From a virus, in IMG/VR virus record IMGVR_UViG_3300033141_003168, positions 46,332 to 110,331 of that record: a stretch of 64,000 nt of DNA, one strand, 5' to 3'. This document shows positions 49,401 to 56,893 of this stretch, in pieces. Below the pieces are notes generated by a model, which saw only the letters and a list, made by a program, of their open reading frames with translations, searched no databases and had not been told where the DNA came from. Each line of letters starts with the position of its first letter. Within the stretch, counting starts at the first letter, position 1. The position numbers and the translations under genes are program-made.

Positions 49401-49811
49401 TTCAGCTACCAATGGTTCAAGGGGCCGGTTGTAGTACGCGAAGGCCCGTCAAAAGAACAGTGGCATATTTTTCTTGATTTCGGAAAGAAAAAAGTCGCTC
49501 ACATATTGTTACAATCCAACCCCTTGACAGAAAAATCAGTTTCGGCTACAGTGAAACCAGACATAGATAAAGAAGTAATGTCCTTAGAAGGTTTTCAAAA
49601 ACCGGGAACGCTCCTTAACCCAACAAAAGAAACACCATCGTGGGTTAAGATTAAAGATAAGGGAAAAATAATCAAGATGGTAGATAAACCGACTTTCAAA
49701 AAATACGAATTTAAAGGAACCGGTCTGAAAGGGCTTTATACATTAACCGCAGAATCACCAGACTCTAACATTTGGATACTTGAATCATCGGAGCTACCCG
49801 AGGTCAAATAA
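43491..49811 (+). CDS. 2106-aa polyvalent protein: SCEGH domain, Dam-like MTase, 2x nucleotidyltransferase-like, ATP-dependent DNA ligase, C5 cytosine MTase, 2x LigD phosphoesterase-like
   Basis: PGGK..EPFAGAA..FYLDPPY (~44570-45340); VVGG....GDVDILI (~45860-46090); KKYDG (46305-46319), EIE, FD, EGVVAK; DLCSGAGG, LPCQG, ENVPG, QIRRR, QIGNAV (~47415-48370); FVAQHH...HTDLRME (~48470 onward). Confidence 0.88.
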   Translation: MDLEKISVPYENLNQIKELDDDVLLDDHRWMHVYWANLKRGNKMENWDKEIVKKTHAAIVQEMLLRFFFPAMALELDQTEETIKVVTEWLELGAMKVISAAEGMDLIRTESFIENVHKHTKIPQGILIALWNVVEMELNNRGMPGGNEPSWNQEKQQSGSGRGSAGKQRGSYNSPTFAYIAVYGKEPDIPLSGRINSPEKEWKDGILVDEHLKLEWLDSIDAIEELELRASCEGHGENRVTHVVVRLKSRNETESKKLVEVLNNKDDIYSKYDVGTEGYPRIVIAGKTWYGQPGWNDWWETLSEKIKTALKAIKKELEENLSVGKSLLVCSNSEWYSKYSLPIAESDIEETDWIEFEKTKPPFMSPGGKMRQSKQLVTYIPEHKIYCEPFAGAANVLFRKEPCENEILSDLDSDLIVTWKFIKSCSEIDLGKLSRFYWERPKDKKHFKSISDQECDSMLDTVYKFMYVRYWGFRGGKTFSESIAQDRTALQGSAWERIKGKIVRAKDRVKNVKFERANYEDAIAKHDSKITFFYLDPPYGKTGAHYWKTLDYEKLLNVVKKIRGNFLLQLHNDDKIKNLFGKHFKIYTITARYIRNQSSPDMGQLYNETELLISNYELKTSASKSFAMDDDLAPVASSGIELGKEIQFDDILSDFNDDYVIDPAFISLGGNILSGETDEMVDYHVSGNFGQDFKVPLEFRLGRGSSFTERQSINYHAEKTDVELEPLYALVARRINKKNTIIQMNFTDRVSTPQNPPDLITPETGVVFEKSGETNLILKETVINEAKAFILVTPFVYVVGGVVTQGATKGDVDILIRGQFDEPFLSKITQPLIDRSSTPKRLHFLDDKYHGPFTAHVPIYELMLVPVSLLENSDTKKQRVASPELIREAARSKSEDRIEMFRFFTAMKPTKGFFPEQRQTIDAFLSLFKEDNFPVMATKKYDGMASLCWKSGKRVEIWSIEGENNTDRFPNVVKEIQELNADELALLIEIEMWDDGKHLPREATVGYVHSDSPADDSQITANVFDIVYVKGLETDVKDLPEGDIHKEPFSIRDDVLKALSFEQETDGVPDPKIKLNRTPSHKAENAEELKKLTNKLSATPGSEGVVAKPAKGTYVLHGRRGEQIKFHVSAVANVIVIKRIPISGAKNVYTYLFGFKVQGQDISDKKRVRMRGKEYLSSGKTFNTSLLAKVGEVIEIEFEQLNYIINLDSGEEDVTLWAPRVMRKINVAGDSIAGVIKKAKDENILVTKEIENKTIVYKTWDNYNENFLKSLFNEYNVEWIKDVSINNDSFSKSDFYNDFSKKADSLSGLISIDLCSGAGGLSLGLEKAGFSTAIMSDLDDDSMITAEKNFKNTVIWKADLFKLDFQKLHKSLRGKQLNLLAAGLPCQGHSVRGKGKHSESVDEIENTHESFNKLYKYFLKGVMILQPEFILIENVPGILSNENGKYANLIIYGLKKLNYDVEYKILKAEEYGVPQIRRRVFFIGNRLGLPIIYPRSTEKRISTWDAIKDLSNKSEDVDFGHIIPKHSTETKNRISQVKPGKKYVTESGKEGYALRRIPKDKPAYTILASTTLIHPTLDRFLTPRECARIQSFPDSFKFHGGSQSQFRQIGNAVPPELAKAIGLVMKKQLVNYKNSKEKIYKNFEKQKDPYMIIPDENEIYNFVAQHHARGKSIHTDLRMESEDKDFLIGYTLDDQIKSAIKEPILTLAQLKKVDADDSNFKINWSDGTWDKRKRGEVLVNVNINTQKKAIEPVEWLGYEGVVESGGEEKPAPGATRFFPGVFHVVDKGTVEYGSQRSYFHEYFLSGKKLNYRIIVRLLNLPAGTEGDIPKSCLVADDFIIGKEENLITTETGLVYKDSLKAEEILPPSEPQEVSVPGPIRLTMKPIDQRPYVLSKRAVDKGWMPPDKKSALPKQIRKKIPDEFQYWKVTGTKARDIRDSLVKAIKDGVVKIEFEEIRKQEEDKEIKGDYTFSYQWFKGPVVVREGPSKEQWHIFLDFGKKKVAHILLQSNPLTEKSVSATVKPDIDKEVMSLEGFQKPGTLLNPTKETPSWVKIKDKGKIIKMVDKPTFKKYEFKGTGLKGLYTLTAESPDSNIWILESSELPEVK
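45767..45791. repeat. 25-bp dispersed palindrome, copy 12 (intragenic)
   Basis: AATTACTCCGG-AAA-CCGGAGTAGTT, encoding LITPETGVV. Confidence 0.95.
49028..49052. repeat. 25-bp dispersed palindrome, copy 13 (intragenic)
   Basis: AATTACTACGG-AAA-CCGGATTAGTT, encoding LITTETGLV. Confidence 0.95.
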
Positions 49812-49837
49812 AAGTTGATTTGGGAAGGAGGGTAGGA

Positions 49838-51259
49838 ATGAAAATCAATGTACCGTTTCGAGTTCCATTCGAGATAACCAAAACAGGAACCTCGCAAGAA
49901 GGCGACTGGGTACTCGAAGGGTTTTGTGCAACAAGTGACCTTGATCTCCAAGGCGACGTTATTACCGAGGCGGCTTTAAAAGGTTCGGCAAATGACCTGT
50001 TGGAAAATTCGACAGTGTTATTTAATCATGACCAAGATAAGCCGATTGGGAAAACCGTTGAAACCAAAGTTATGAAGATCGACGGTACGCTTGGTCTTTG
50101 GGTTAAAGTTGTGATTTCAAAAACTGACCCAAATCTGTGGACTCAAATCAAGGAAGGTGTACTTAACAAGTTTTCAATTCGCGGCAAAGTGTTAAGGGCG
50201 AAGAAGGAATTCGTCGCGGCACTGGGCCGAATGGCAAACGTCATTTATAAAATGAAGTTAATTGAAAACTCGATAGTTTCCTTACCTGCAAATCCAAAAG
50301 CCCGCGCATTGCGTTGGTATGTTAGTAAAGCACTCGCGGACTTTGAAAGTGAAGGAGGATCGTTAGAAATGAACATTTTGGAAGTATTACTGAAACTGTT
50401 GGGCGAGACAGAAGAGATTAAAGAACTCGCCGCACGTTTCGAGAAATACTGCGAGACAAACAACGTCGAGATTGAAAAATCTACCGACGAGGAATTAACC
50501 GCAGTATTCGTTGAATTTCATAAAGAGGAAATTCAGAAAGGCACTCGTGTTGAAGTTCTTGCTGCAATTGATAAAACCGCAACCGCAATGTCTACACTCG
50601 CAGAAAAACTTCCTGACGAACTGAAAGAAACAGGTCAGGCCGTCACGGATGCAATTAAGGCTGCGAAGGCAATAGCAACGTCGATGCCTGCTACTCCGTA
50701 TCCCGCACCTGCCGCGAAGGATACAGAAGAAGATGACAAAGGTGAGGATGATAAGGATAAAAATGTAGACAACAAGGATGATCCGAATGCGGATGCCGAC
50801 AAAACCTCGAAGTCAAAAGGCGTACTTGGGTTATTGCTTGAATTTATTCAGGGTAAGGCAAAAGAAGCCGAGAAAACAGACGGCGAATTTGACCTTGAGA
50901 AATTCAAAGATGAAATGGGCGCGTTTCTCGAAGAAAAAGCAAATGAGGATAACGCGGCAACACAGAAATCCATCGATGACCTGGGTGTAAACATCGTAAA
51001 GGACATGGGTAAGGCACTTGAAGGTTTAACAAAAACTTTCACTGACAAAATCGAAGACGTTTCAAAAACTCTGACCGGCGCGATTGAAAAATCCGGCGCG
51101 GACATCGTAACACTCAGTGACAAAGTTAAGTCGCTTGAGGAGAAGGTTCCCGGCGCAGGCGAAGACAACGACACACAGCTTGAAGCAGAGAAAGGCGTTT
51201 TTGGAGGCGTATTCGGCAAGGGTAACGTGAAAGGCGCGAGATCGACAGAAAAAAAGTAA
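49838..51259 (+). CDS. HK97-type prohead protease fused to an acidic scaffold region
   Basis: LEGFCAT..LDLQGDVI, LFNHD..KPIG, IKEGVLNKFSIRG, ENSIVSLPANP, then a long acidic helical tail. Confidence 0.92.
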   Translation: MKINVPFRVPFEITKTGTSQEGDWVLEGFCATSDLDLQGDVITEAALKGSANDLLENSTVLFNHDQDKPIGKTVETKVMKIDGTLGLWVKVVISKTDPNLWTQIKEGVLNKFSIRGKVLRAKKEFVAALGRMANVIYKMKLIENSIVSLPANPKARALRWYVSKALADFESEGGSLEMNILEVLLKLLGETEEIKELAARFEKYCETNNVEIEKSTDEELTAVFVEFHKEEIQKGTRVEVLAAIDKTATAMSTLAEKLPDELKETGQAVTDAIKAAKAIATSMPATPYPAPAAKDTEEDDKGEDDKDKNVDNKDDPNADADKTSKSKGVLGLLLEFIQGKAKEAEKTDGEFDLEKFKDEMGAFLEEKANEDNAATQKSIDDLGVNIVKDMGKALEGLTKTFTDKIEDVSKTLTGAIEKSGADIVTLSDKVKSLEEKVPGAGEDNDTQLEAEKGVFGGVFGKGNVKGARSTEKK

Positions 51260-51322
51260 AGCAATAACACTCTTATTGAGTGGTAATAAAAATTCATTTC
51301 AGTATTAAGGAGGATAGCCAGA

Positions 51323-52606
51323 ATGACCAATGAAGAAATTGCAAAAGCAATAGATATGAGCGACCTTGCAAACGGTGAACTAAATACGGAGCAACAGGAT
51401 AAGTTCATCGACATGGTTTATGACCATACGCGGTTACTCAAAGAAGTTAGGCACGAAGAGGTGGACAACCCGAAAGGTGAACTGGGTAAAATGTTCATAG
51501 GCGAACCGATTACCCGCGACGCCTCCGTTGACCCGACCGCAGGGGAAGCGAAACCGAAAACCACGAAGGTGACCTACGAGACTAAAAAGGTTATGTCGTG
51601 GTACGACTTACCGACCGATGTGCTTTTCCGCAACATTGCGAAGGAAGCTTTCGAGGATCAGTTCATGGCACAGGTTACAAAGAGGATCGGCAACGACCTC
51701 GAACTGTTAGCTATTCGCGGAGATCAGGCCGCGTATTCCGGCGATACCACACCAATGGGGTTTCTCCTGCGCGTTCTGAACGGATGGAAATACCAGTCTG
51801 ACTCGTCTCACATTTTCGATGCAGGTGGTGCGTCAATCCAAAAAGGCGTTTTCGCTCGAATGTCCAGGGCATTACCCGAACAGTACAAAGGTGATTCCGG
51901 CCTGCGTTGGATTGCTTCGGAGTCTATCTATCAGGACTGGATGGACACAGTTGCAGATCGTTTGACGGCGGCGGGTGACGATGCACTCGCAGGCAAGGGA
52001 CTCGCTCCTTATGGAATTCCGTTTCTTCGCGTACCGCTTATTCCGTCAAACCTCGACGTAAGTATCCTCGCCGCTTCTGCCGGTTTTGCACTCGGCACAA
52101 GACAAGGCCCGTTCACGTTTACTTCAGCAGACAATGCGATTGAACTGAACATCGATGCCGCAGGCGCAATTGCTTTCACAATGGACATAGGGACTTTTAC
52201 TACGTCCGAAGTAGCGGCTCAGATCAATGCCGCAATGGGAGCCTACGTTGCGTTCACGTCAGGATTCGGTCAGTTACTCTTACAGTCACCGACTACGGGC
52301 GGAGCTTCGACAGTCGAGATTATTGCAGAAGCAAATGATTGTTACGACGTACTGGGTATTACAGTCGGAACGTACACCGGCTCTGCTGCCGCCGCTCCCG
52401 CAAACGTACCGGAAGGCAGTTATATGTTCCTCGCCAACCCGAAGAATCTCATTCACATTATGTTGAAAAAGACTCGTCTTTTCACCGAGTTTAAACCACG
52501 CGCCGACACGCTTGAAGTTACGATCTACAACGAGGTGGATGATATAATGGAGAATAACGATGCAATAGTGAAGTGTATCAACCTTCGCCTGCGGGAACTA
52601 ATCTAA
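51323..52606 (+). CDS. major capsid protein with a ~115-aa inserted domain
   Basis: GELNTEQQDKFI, GNDLELLAIRGD, LNGW, LPEQYK, LANPKNLI; position after the protease. Confidence 0.9.
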   Translation: MTNEEIAKAIDMSDLANGELNTEQQDKFIDMVYDHTRLLKEVRHEEVDNPKGELGKMFIGEPITRDASVDPTAGEAKPKTTKVTYETKKVMSWYDLPTDVLFRNIAKEAFEDQFMAQVTKRIGNDLELLAIRGDQAAYSGDTTPMGFLLRVLNGWKYQSDSSHIFDAGGASIQKGVFARMSRALPEQYKGDSGLRWIASESIYQDWMDTVADRLTAAGDDALAGKGLAPYGIPFLRVPLIPSNLDVSILAASAGFALGTRQGPFTFTSADNAIELNIDAAGAIAFTMDIGTFTTSEVAAQINAAMGAYVAFTSGFGQLLLQSPTTGGASTVEIIAEANDCYDVLGITVGTYTGSAAAAPANVPEGSYMFLANPKNLIHIMLKKTRLFTEFKPRADTLEVTIYNEVDDIMENNDAIVKCINLRLRELI

Positions 52607-52673
52607 AGTAGAAACGGACAAGCCTGGATTTTTTTAAGGACAAGTTTGAACCCAAATTGAGAAGGAGGCAGTT

Positions 52674-53135
52674 ATGCCCTCAGCGTTCAAAATCAGACAA
52701 GGGGCGTCATGGATGGGACGCGCCCCTTCCGGTAAGTTATACCACTTTCTTACTCCCGAAACCATCGTTACTGTTGACTTGGAAAAAGACTTGATTTTTT
52801 TCAGGAAAAACGATAAGCGGTTTGAGGAGTTACGGCTTTCTTCAAACGACTCAGTACCCGACAAGACTGAGGAAGTGAAAGAGAAGGCCGCGTCGTATGC
52901 GTCAATGGCGGATGAACAGTCCGAAACACCGCCTATTCCTGACGAACCGCCACCGGAGGAAGATATGGCTTCCGCAGAAGATGAAGACGATGAAGTTGAA
53001 GCCGCAGAGGAAGATAAACAAGGTTACCGTGATGATCGTCCTGTTTGTCCCTTTTGCAACAAAGACTTCAAAAACCTTGCGGGTTTGAAAGCGCACCAAC
53101 GTGCAAAACATCCCGATGAACTAATCGAGGTTTAA
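52674..53135 (+). CDS. acidic protein with a C-terminal C2H2 zinc finger
   Basis: CPFCNKDFKNLAGLKAHQRAKH. Confidence 0.75.
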   Translation: MPSAFKIRQGASWMGRAPSGKLYHFLTPETIVTVDLEKDLIFFRKNDKRFEELRLSSNDSVPDKTEEVKEKAASYASMADEQSETPPIPDEPPPEEDMASAEDEDDEVEAAEEDKQGYRDDRPVCPFCNKDFKNLAGLKAHQRAKHPDELIEV

Positions 53136-53140
53136 AAGGA

Positions 53141-54073
53141 ATGGATTTTTACTATACTTCAATCGCAAGACTCAGGGCCGAAGGGATGGATGAAACACGC
53201 TATCCTGACGAGTCCCTTTTGCGACGCAGAATTCTGATGCTCTCTAAAATGATTAACCGAATCACAAACCAATATTTTCAGCCGGTTTATGATGCGGAAC
53301 AGAGAATGAGCGGTCGAGATTCTGCTTTGTTGTATTTGTCGAAAAAAGTTCCTATTCTACAGATCGACGAAATCAACTTTCACCCTGAAGGCTCTACAGC
53401 CGACGTAATTGATTCTGACTACTATGTTATTCACCTCGAAAGATTTTTTGCACGACAAGCAGGTTATTACTTACGTGGTGATGCGAGTTTGAGTACCGGA
53501 ACGTGGGAAGAAGGATTTGAGAATTACACATTTAAGGGTTGGTCAGGTTGGTTAGAAGATCGAAGAGAACTCACGATCTCGATTGATACCGATTTAGTTC
53601 AAGACGACGAAGAAGTTTCTGTACCTGACGCGACTGGTTTCGTTGAAGGTGATTTCATAGTCGTTATTGATTCTGTCAATAGTAACAGGTTTGGCACTTT
53701 GATTAACGCGGTTGATTATGGAACGAACAAGATCGCGATTGACAAAGCGCAAACGAGAGGAATAACCTACCCCAGTGCAACATCGAATGTTTTGACGTTC
53801 GGGAGAGTACCTGATTCTATAGTATGGGCGTGTACGAGAATGGTAGTTAATGAGGCGGCTTTACTTGTTCCTGAAAACGGTGATCCCGTTGATCCGGATT
53901 TTGAATCAAGGCTAAAATCCGAAAAGACTGACAACTATTCTTACACGATGTTTTCGCCCAAGGACATGAATGTAGATTCAGGCCAACTTCCACTTGGCAC
54001 TTTCACAGGTGACCCAAAGGTTGATATGGTACTTGCGACTTATGTTGCTCCAGTGGTAGCACTGTCAGTATAA
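53141..54073 (+). CDS. head-tail adaptor (head completion) protein
   Basis: Position; INRITNQYF, VPDSI..AC, KSEKTDNYSY, TGDPKVD. Confidence 0.7.
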   Translation: MDFYYTSIARLRAEGMDETRYPDESLLRRRILMLSKMINRITNQYFQPVYDAEQRMSGRDSALLYLSKKVPILQIDEINFHPEGSTADVIDSDYYVIHLERFFARQAGYYLRGDASLSTGTWEEGFENYTFKGWSGWLEDRRELTISIDTDLVQDDEEVSVPDATGFVEGDFIVVIDSVNSNRFGTLINAVDYGTNKIAIDKAQTRGITYPSATSNVLTFGRVPDSIVWACTRMVVNEAALLVPENGDPVDPDFESRLKSEKTDNYSYTMFSPKDMNVDSGQLPLGTFTGDPKVDMVLATYVAPVVALSV

Positions 54074-54471
54074 TGGCAACACAAATACCTTTAAGAATGA
54101 ATCCTGTAACTGTGAAGTTGCGGAAGTATGAGAAGACGGCGACCATCATGGACGACGACTTCAATGAACCGCAATCAGTTAGGAATTATTCAACGGAATA
54201 TGAGGTTCGTTGCCAAGTAGTTTACGGAATTCAAGATAAGGTGGTTTCCGAATACACTGGTGATGCGTCATTGGTGAAAGGCCATTTGACATTTCGCAAA
54301 CGCGATGTAACTACAGTGATCGAGACAGGAGATAGAATTGTTGAGATAGCAGGCGAATCTTTCGAGTATGAGATTGATGAAATAAGACGCTCGGGACATT
54401 TGAAAGGCAGAGCGAATTTGCTCATGGCTTTTTTTGTAGAACCAGTTGAAAGGAATTCGATGCGGACATGA
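54073..54471 (+). CDS. head closure protein
   Basis: DDDFNEP, TGDRIVEI; position. Confidence 0.6.
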   Translation: MATQIPLRMNPVTVKLRKYEKTATIMDDDFNEPQSVRNYSTEYEVRCQVVYGIQDKVVSEYTGDASLVKGHLTFRKRDVTTVIETGDRIVEIAGESFEYEIDEIRRSGHLKGRANLLMAFFVEPVERNSMRT

Positions 54472-55064
54472 GTATTAAGAAAGTCGGCAACTGGGCAGGC
54501 GGACGCGCTGTTACAAACAGTACGAAGTTTGCGGTTAATATTCAGAAAAAATTCAGCAAAGCACTTATCGTAAATGGAGAAATCCTTCGCGGTGCAATGG
54601 TGAATGGAATCCGAAAGAACGAATTTGGATTAACTCCGCTTTCTGAAATTACTACTACAATAAAGCGTTCCTCAGTACCGCTTGCCGATACCGGTGATCT
54701 AACGAATTCAATTAACGTCAATCTCATTGGCCCTACTGTTGTGTTTGTAGGTATTCCGCGCGGTACGCAGAAGAAAGGTAAGAGCATAGTGCGCGTTGCC
54801 GAGATTATGGAGAACGGGCATTTTACAGGCGTTGATTTAAGTACGCCGAAAGGTAGAAAGTCTTTTGCGGCAATGGCTTACAAATTGCGGAAACGAAACA
54901 AGAAATTTCCGCTCGGCAGTAAAGATGGAAAAAAGAAAGGTTTCATTTACTCACCGCCGAGACCATTTATAGAACCCGCTTGGGATAAGGCTCAACCATT
55001 TTTTTCACTAACTTATGCCGAAGCGGGGCGACAGGTTTGGAAGTCGCAACAGAAGACAGTTTAA
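54468..55064 (+). CDS. neck/tail-completion protein (HK97 gp10 / Mu gpG-like)
   Basis: PLADTGDLTNSI, MENG, PPRPFIEPA. Confidence 0.75.
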   Translation: MSIKKVGNWAGGRAVTNSTKFAVNIQKKFSKALIVNGEILRGAMVNGIRKNEFGLTPLSEITTTIKRSSVPLADTGDLTNSINVNLIGPTVVFVGIPRGTQKKGKSIVRVAEIMENGHFTGVDLSTPKGRKSFAAMAYKLRKRNKKFPLGSKDGKKKGFIYSPPRPFIEPAWDKAQPFFSLTYAEAGRQVWKSQQKTV

Positions 55065-55079
55065 GTTCAGGAGGGCTTT

Positions 55080-55421
55080 ATGCTTTCAAGAAATGTTTAC
55101 AAAACGACCGTTACCGGTGAGGACGTACTTTTTGAAGTGCATCCCGGCAAGGGTACTACTGATTGGAATTTGCTCTCAGTTTTAGTTTCCCGCGATGACG
55201 ACGAGGAAATTGAATTCGCGGTAACCCTTGTGGACATCGACGGTGGCGACGAGTTCAAGATAGGTGAATTTCTTACTTGGGATGACACCAACTTTGTTTT
55301 TTCGGAACTACTCCGGTTAGATCGGAACTTGCTAATCCGCATTACGACAGATGGTGTTACAACAGACGACGTTAGAGTGCGAGTAATCGCAATGTTAAAG
55401 ACTACGGAGTTCACTGAATAA
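55080..55421 (+). CDS. hypothetical structural protein
   Basis: AGGAGG RBS; in the neck module. Confidence 0.6.
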   Translation: MLSRNVYKTTVTGEDVLFEVHPGKGTTDWNLLSVLVSRDDDEEIEFAVTLVDIDGGDEFKIGEFLTWDDTNFVFSELLRLDRNLLIRITTDGVTTDDVRVRVIAMLKTTEFTE

Positions 55422-56651
55422 ATGGCACAAGTAATCTGGAAACCAACCGTACAAGAAACTACTACGGAAACCGGAGTAGTTTTTAATAGCGAAGGTGCGT
55501 CCCTTACTAAACTGAGGAACGGGCTCGGTTCTATTTGGGGTGAATTTCCTACTGACGGTGCTATTGTAACTTTTGCAAGTCACACCGCAAAAGGTATTAC
55601 CGAGATGTTAGGTTTCAAAGCCGACGTGCTTCCTACAGACGAAGCAACATCGGGATCAGTGAATTACCAAGTTTCTTTTGAAGGTGGAAATTGGCAGTAC
55701 TGGACTGGGGCAGTATTTCAGGACGCTGCTTCAAATGAATGGAATACGGATGTTGAATTATCAGTCGGACTTTCGGTTACTGATTCTGTGGACGAGATTC
55801 GTTTTCGCGCCCTCATTTCTCCCGGCTTAACAACGGCTCCGACGTTCCGCAACATTCAGTTCAACTGCGAGTTATCCTATGACTTCGAGGAAGATGTTTA
55901 CCGTACACTACGGCGGTGGGTACAAGACAGGATCGCCGCCCGATTGTACTACAAGGAAGTCCTTATTGGTGCGACAGATAAAGTAACGATACAAGGGCTT
56001 CTTGAAGTCAAGTCAGTCGTGAATGTTTACAATCTTACAAACGACCCAACCCAGTCGGTAAACATTTTCGACTCATTGAATGGTGACGAGGTTACTATGA
56101 CTGCGGTACAAGACGCAGGTGAAATGATTCTTGTTATTTACTTGGGAACGACAGACGTGTTTATTACTGCCGAACCTGAAAGTCATGCTGCTGAACTTCC
56201 CGTGGTAGTGGTTCAAATTTTGAACTTCACCGAGTACAAACCTGAACGTGAAGAAAAACCTTTGCGCGAATATTTGGGTGACCATGTAAAGATCGGACTT
56301 AGGACTCCACCTGCAAGGATGCGATTTGATGTTGTAGTAAATTGCCTTGCACAGAGAAATTCTGTTTCGATTGCTCTCGCAAATTCTGTTTCTAAAATGT
56401 TCAAACTTGGGTATTTGAAGGAGAACAAGCTGACCGCGATAGAAAGCGGGGAAGTAATTGACATACTTAACCTGCAACCTATCATCACCGCCGATGATGT
56501 AACCGAACGGCTTTTTAGAAAGATGGTTCGGTTTACAGGCGCGACATGGGATTGGGGTGGTACGATCCTTGAAACACTCGACACCATCGAAACCATTTAT
56601 TTTGATACAGGCACTACATTGGGTTATCTTGAGAATCTGGAGGTTCAGTAA
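55422..56651 (+). CDS. tail terminator-like protein with an N-terminal extension
   Basis: Position before the sheath; ELPVVVVQ and FDVVVNCLA beta-rich C-terminal domain. Confidence 0.55.
   Translation: MAQVIWKPTVQETTTETGVVFNSEGASLTKLRNGLGSIWGEFPTDGAIVTFASHTAKGITEMLGFKADVLPTDEATSGSVNYQVSFEGGNWQYWTGAVFQDAASNEWNTDVELSVGLSVTDSVDEIRFRALISPGLTTAPTFRNIQFNCELSYDFEEDVYRTLRRWVQDRIAARLYYKEVLIGATDKVTIQGLLEVKSVVNVYNLTNDPTQSVNIFDSLNGDEVTMTAVQDAGEMILVIYLGTTDVFITAEPESHAAELPVVVVQILNFTEYKPEREEKPLREYLGDHVKIGLRTPPARMRFDVVVNCLAQRNSVSIALANSVSKMFKLGYLKENKLTAIESGEVIDILNLQPIITADDVTERLFRKMVRFTGATWDWGGTILETLDTIETIYFDTGTTLGYLENLEVQ
55457..55481. repeat. 25-bp dispersed palindrome, copy 14 (intragenic)
   Basis: AACTACTACGG-AAA-CCGGAGTAGTT, encoding ETTTETGVV. 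Confidence 0.95.
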
Positions 56652-56893
56652 TGAAGATCAAAAATCGTGATAACATCGTTCACGGTGTCAACCTTGCGAC
56701 TTCTCCTCCGACATCTCTGCACTTGTCTCCCGGTGAAATTTCGAAGCCTCTTAAAAAAGAGGTTGTTGAAACATCAGCGGAAGTGTTGAATATGTTGAAG
56801 AAAAAGAAATTCGTGGTGGTTGAAGAAGTGAAAGATGAAACCTCCTCCAAACCTAAGATTGAATCAAAAAAAGGTAAAGGAGGAAAAGGCTAA
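56651..56893 (+). CDS. small protein preceding the sheath gene
   Basis: 80 aa, coupled on both sides. Confidence 0.65.
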   Translation: MKIKNRDNIVHGVNLATSPPTSLHLSPGEISKPLKKEVVETSAEVLNMLKKKKFVVVEEVKDETSSKPKIESKKGKGGKG

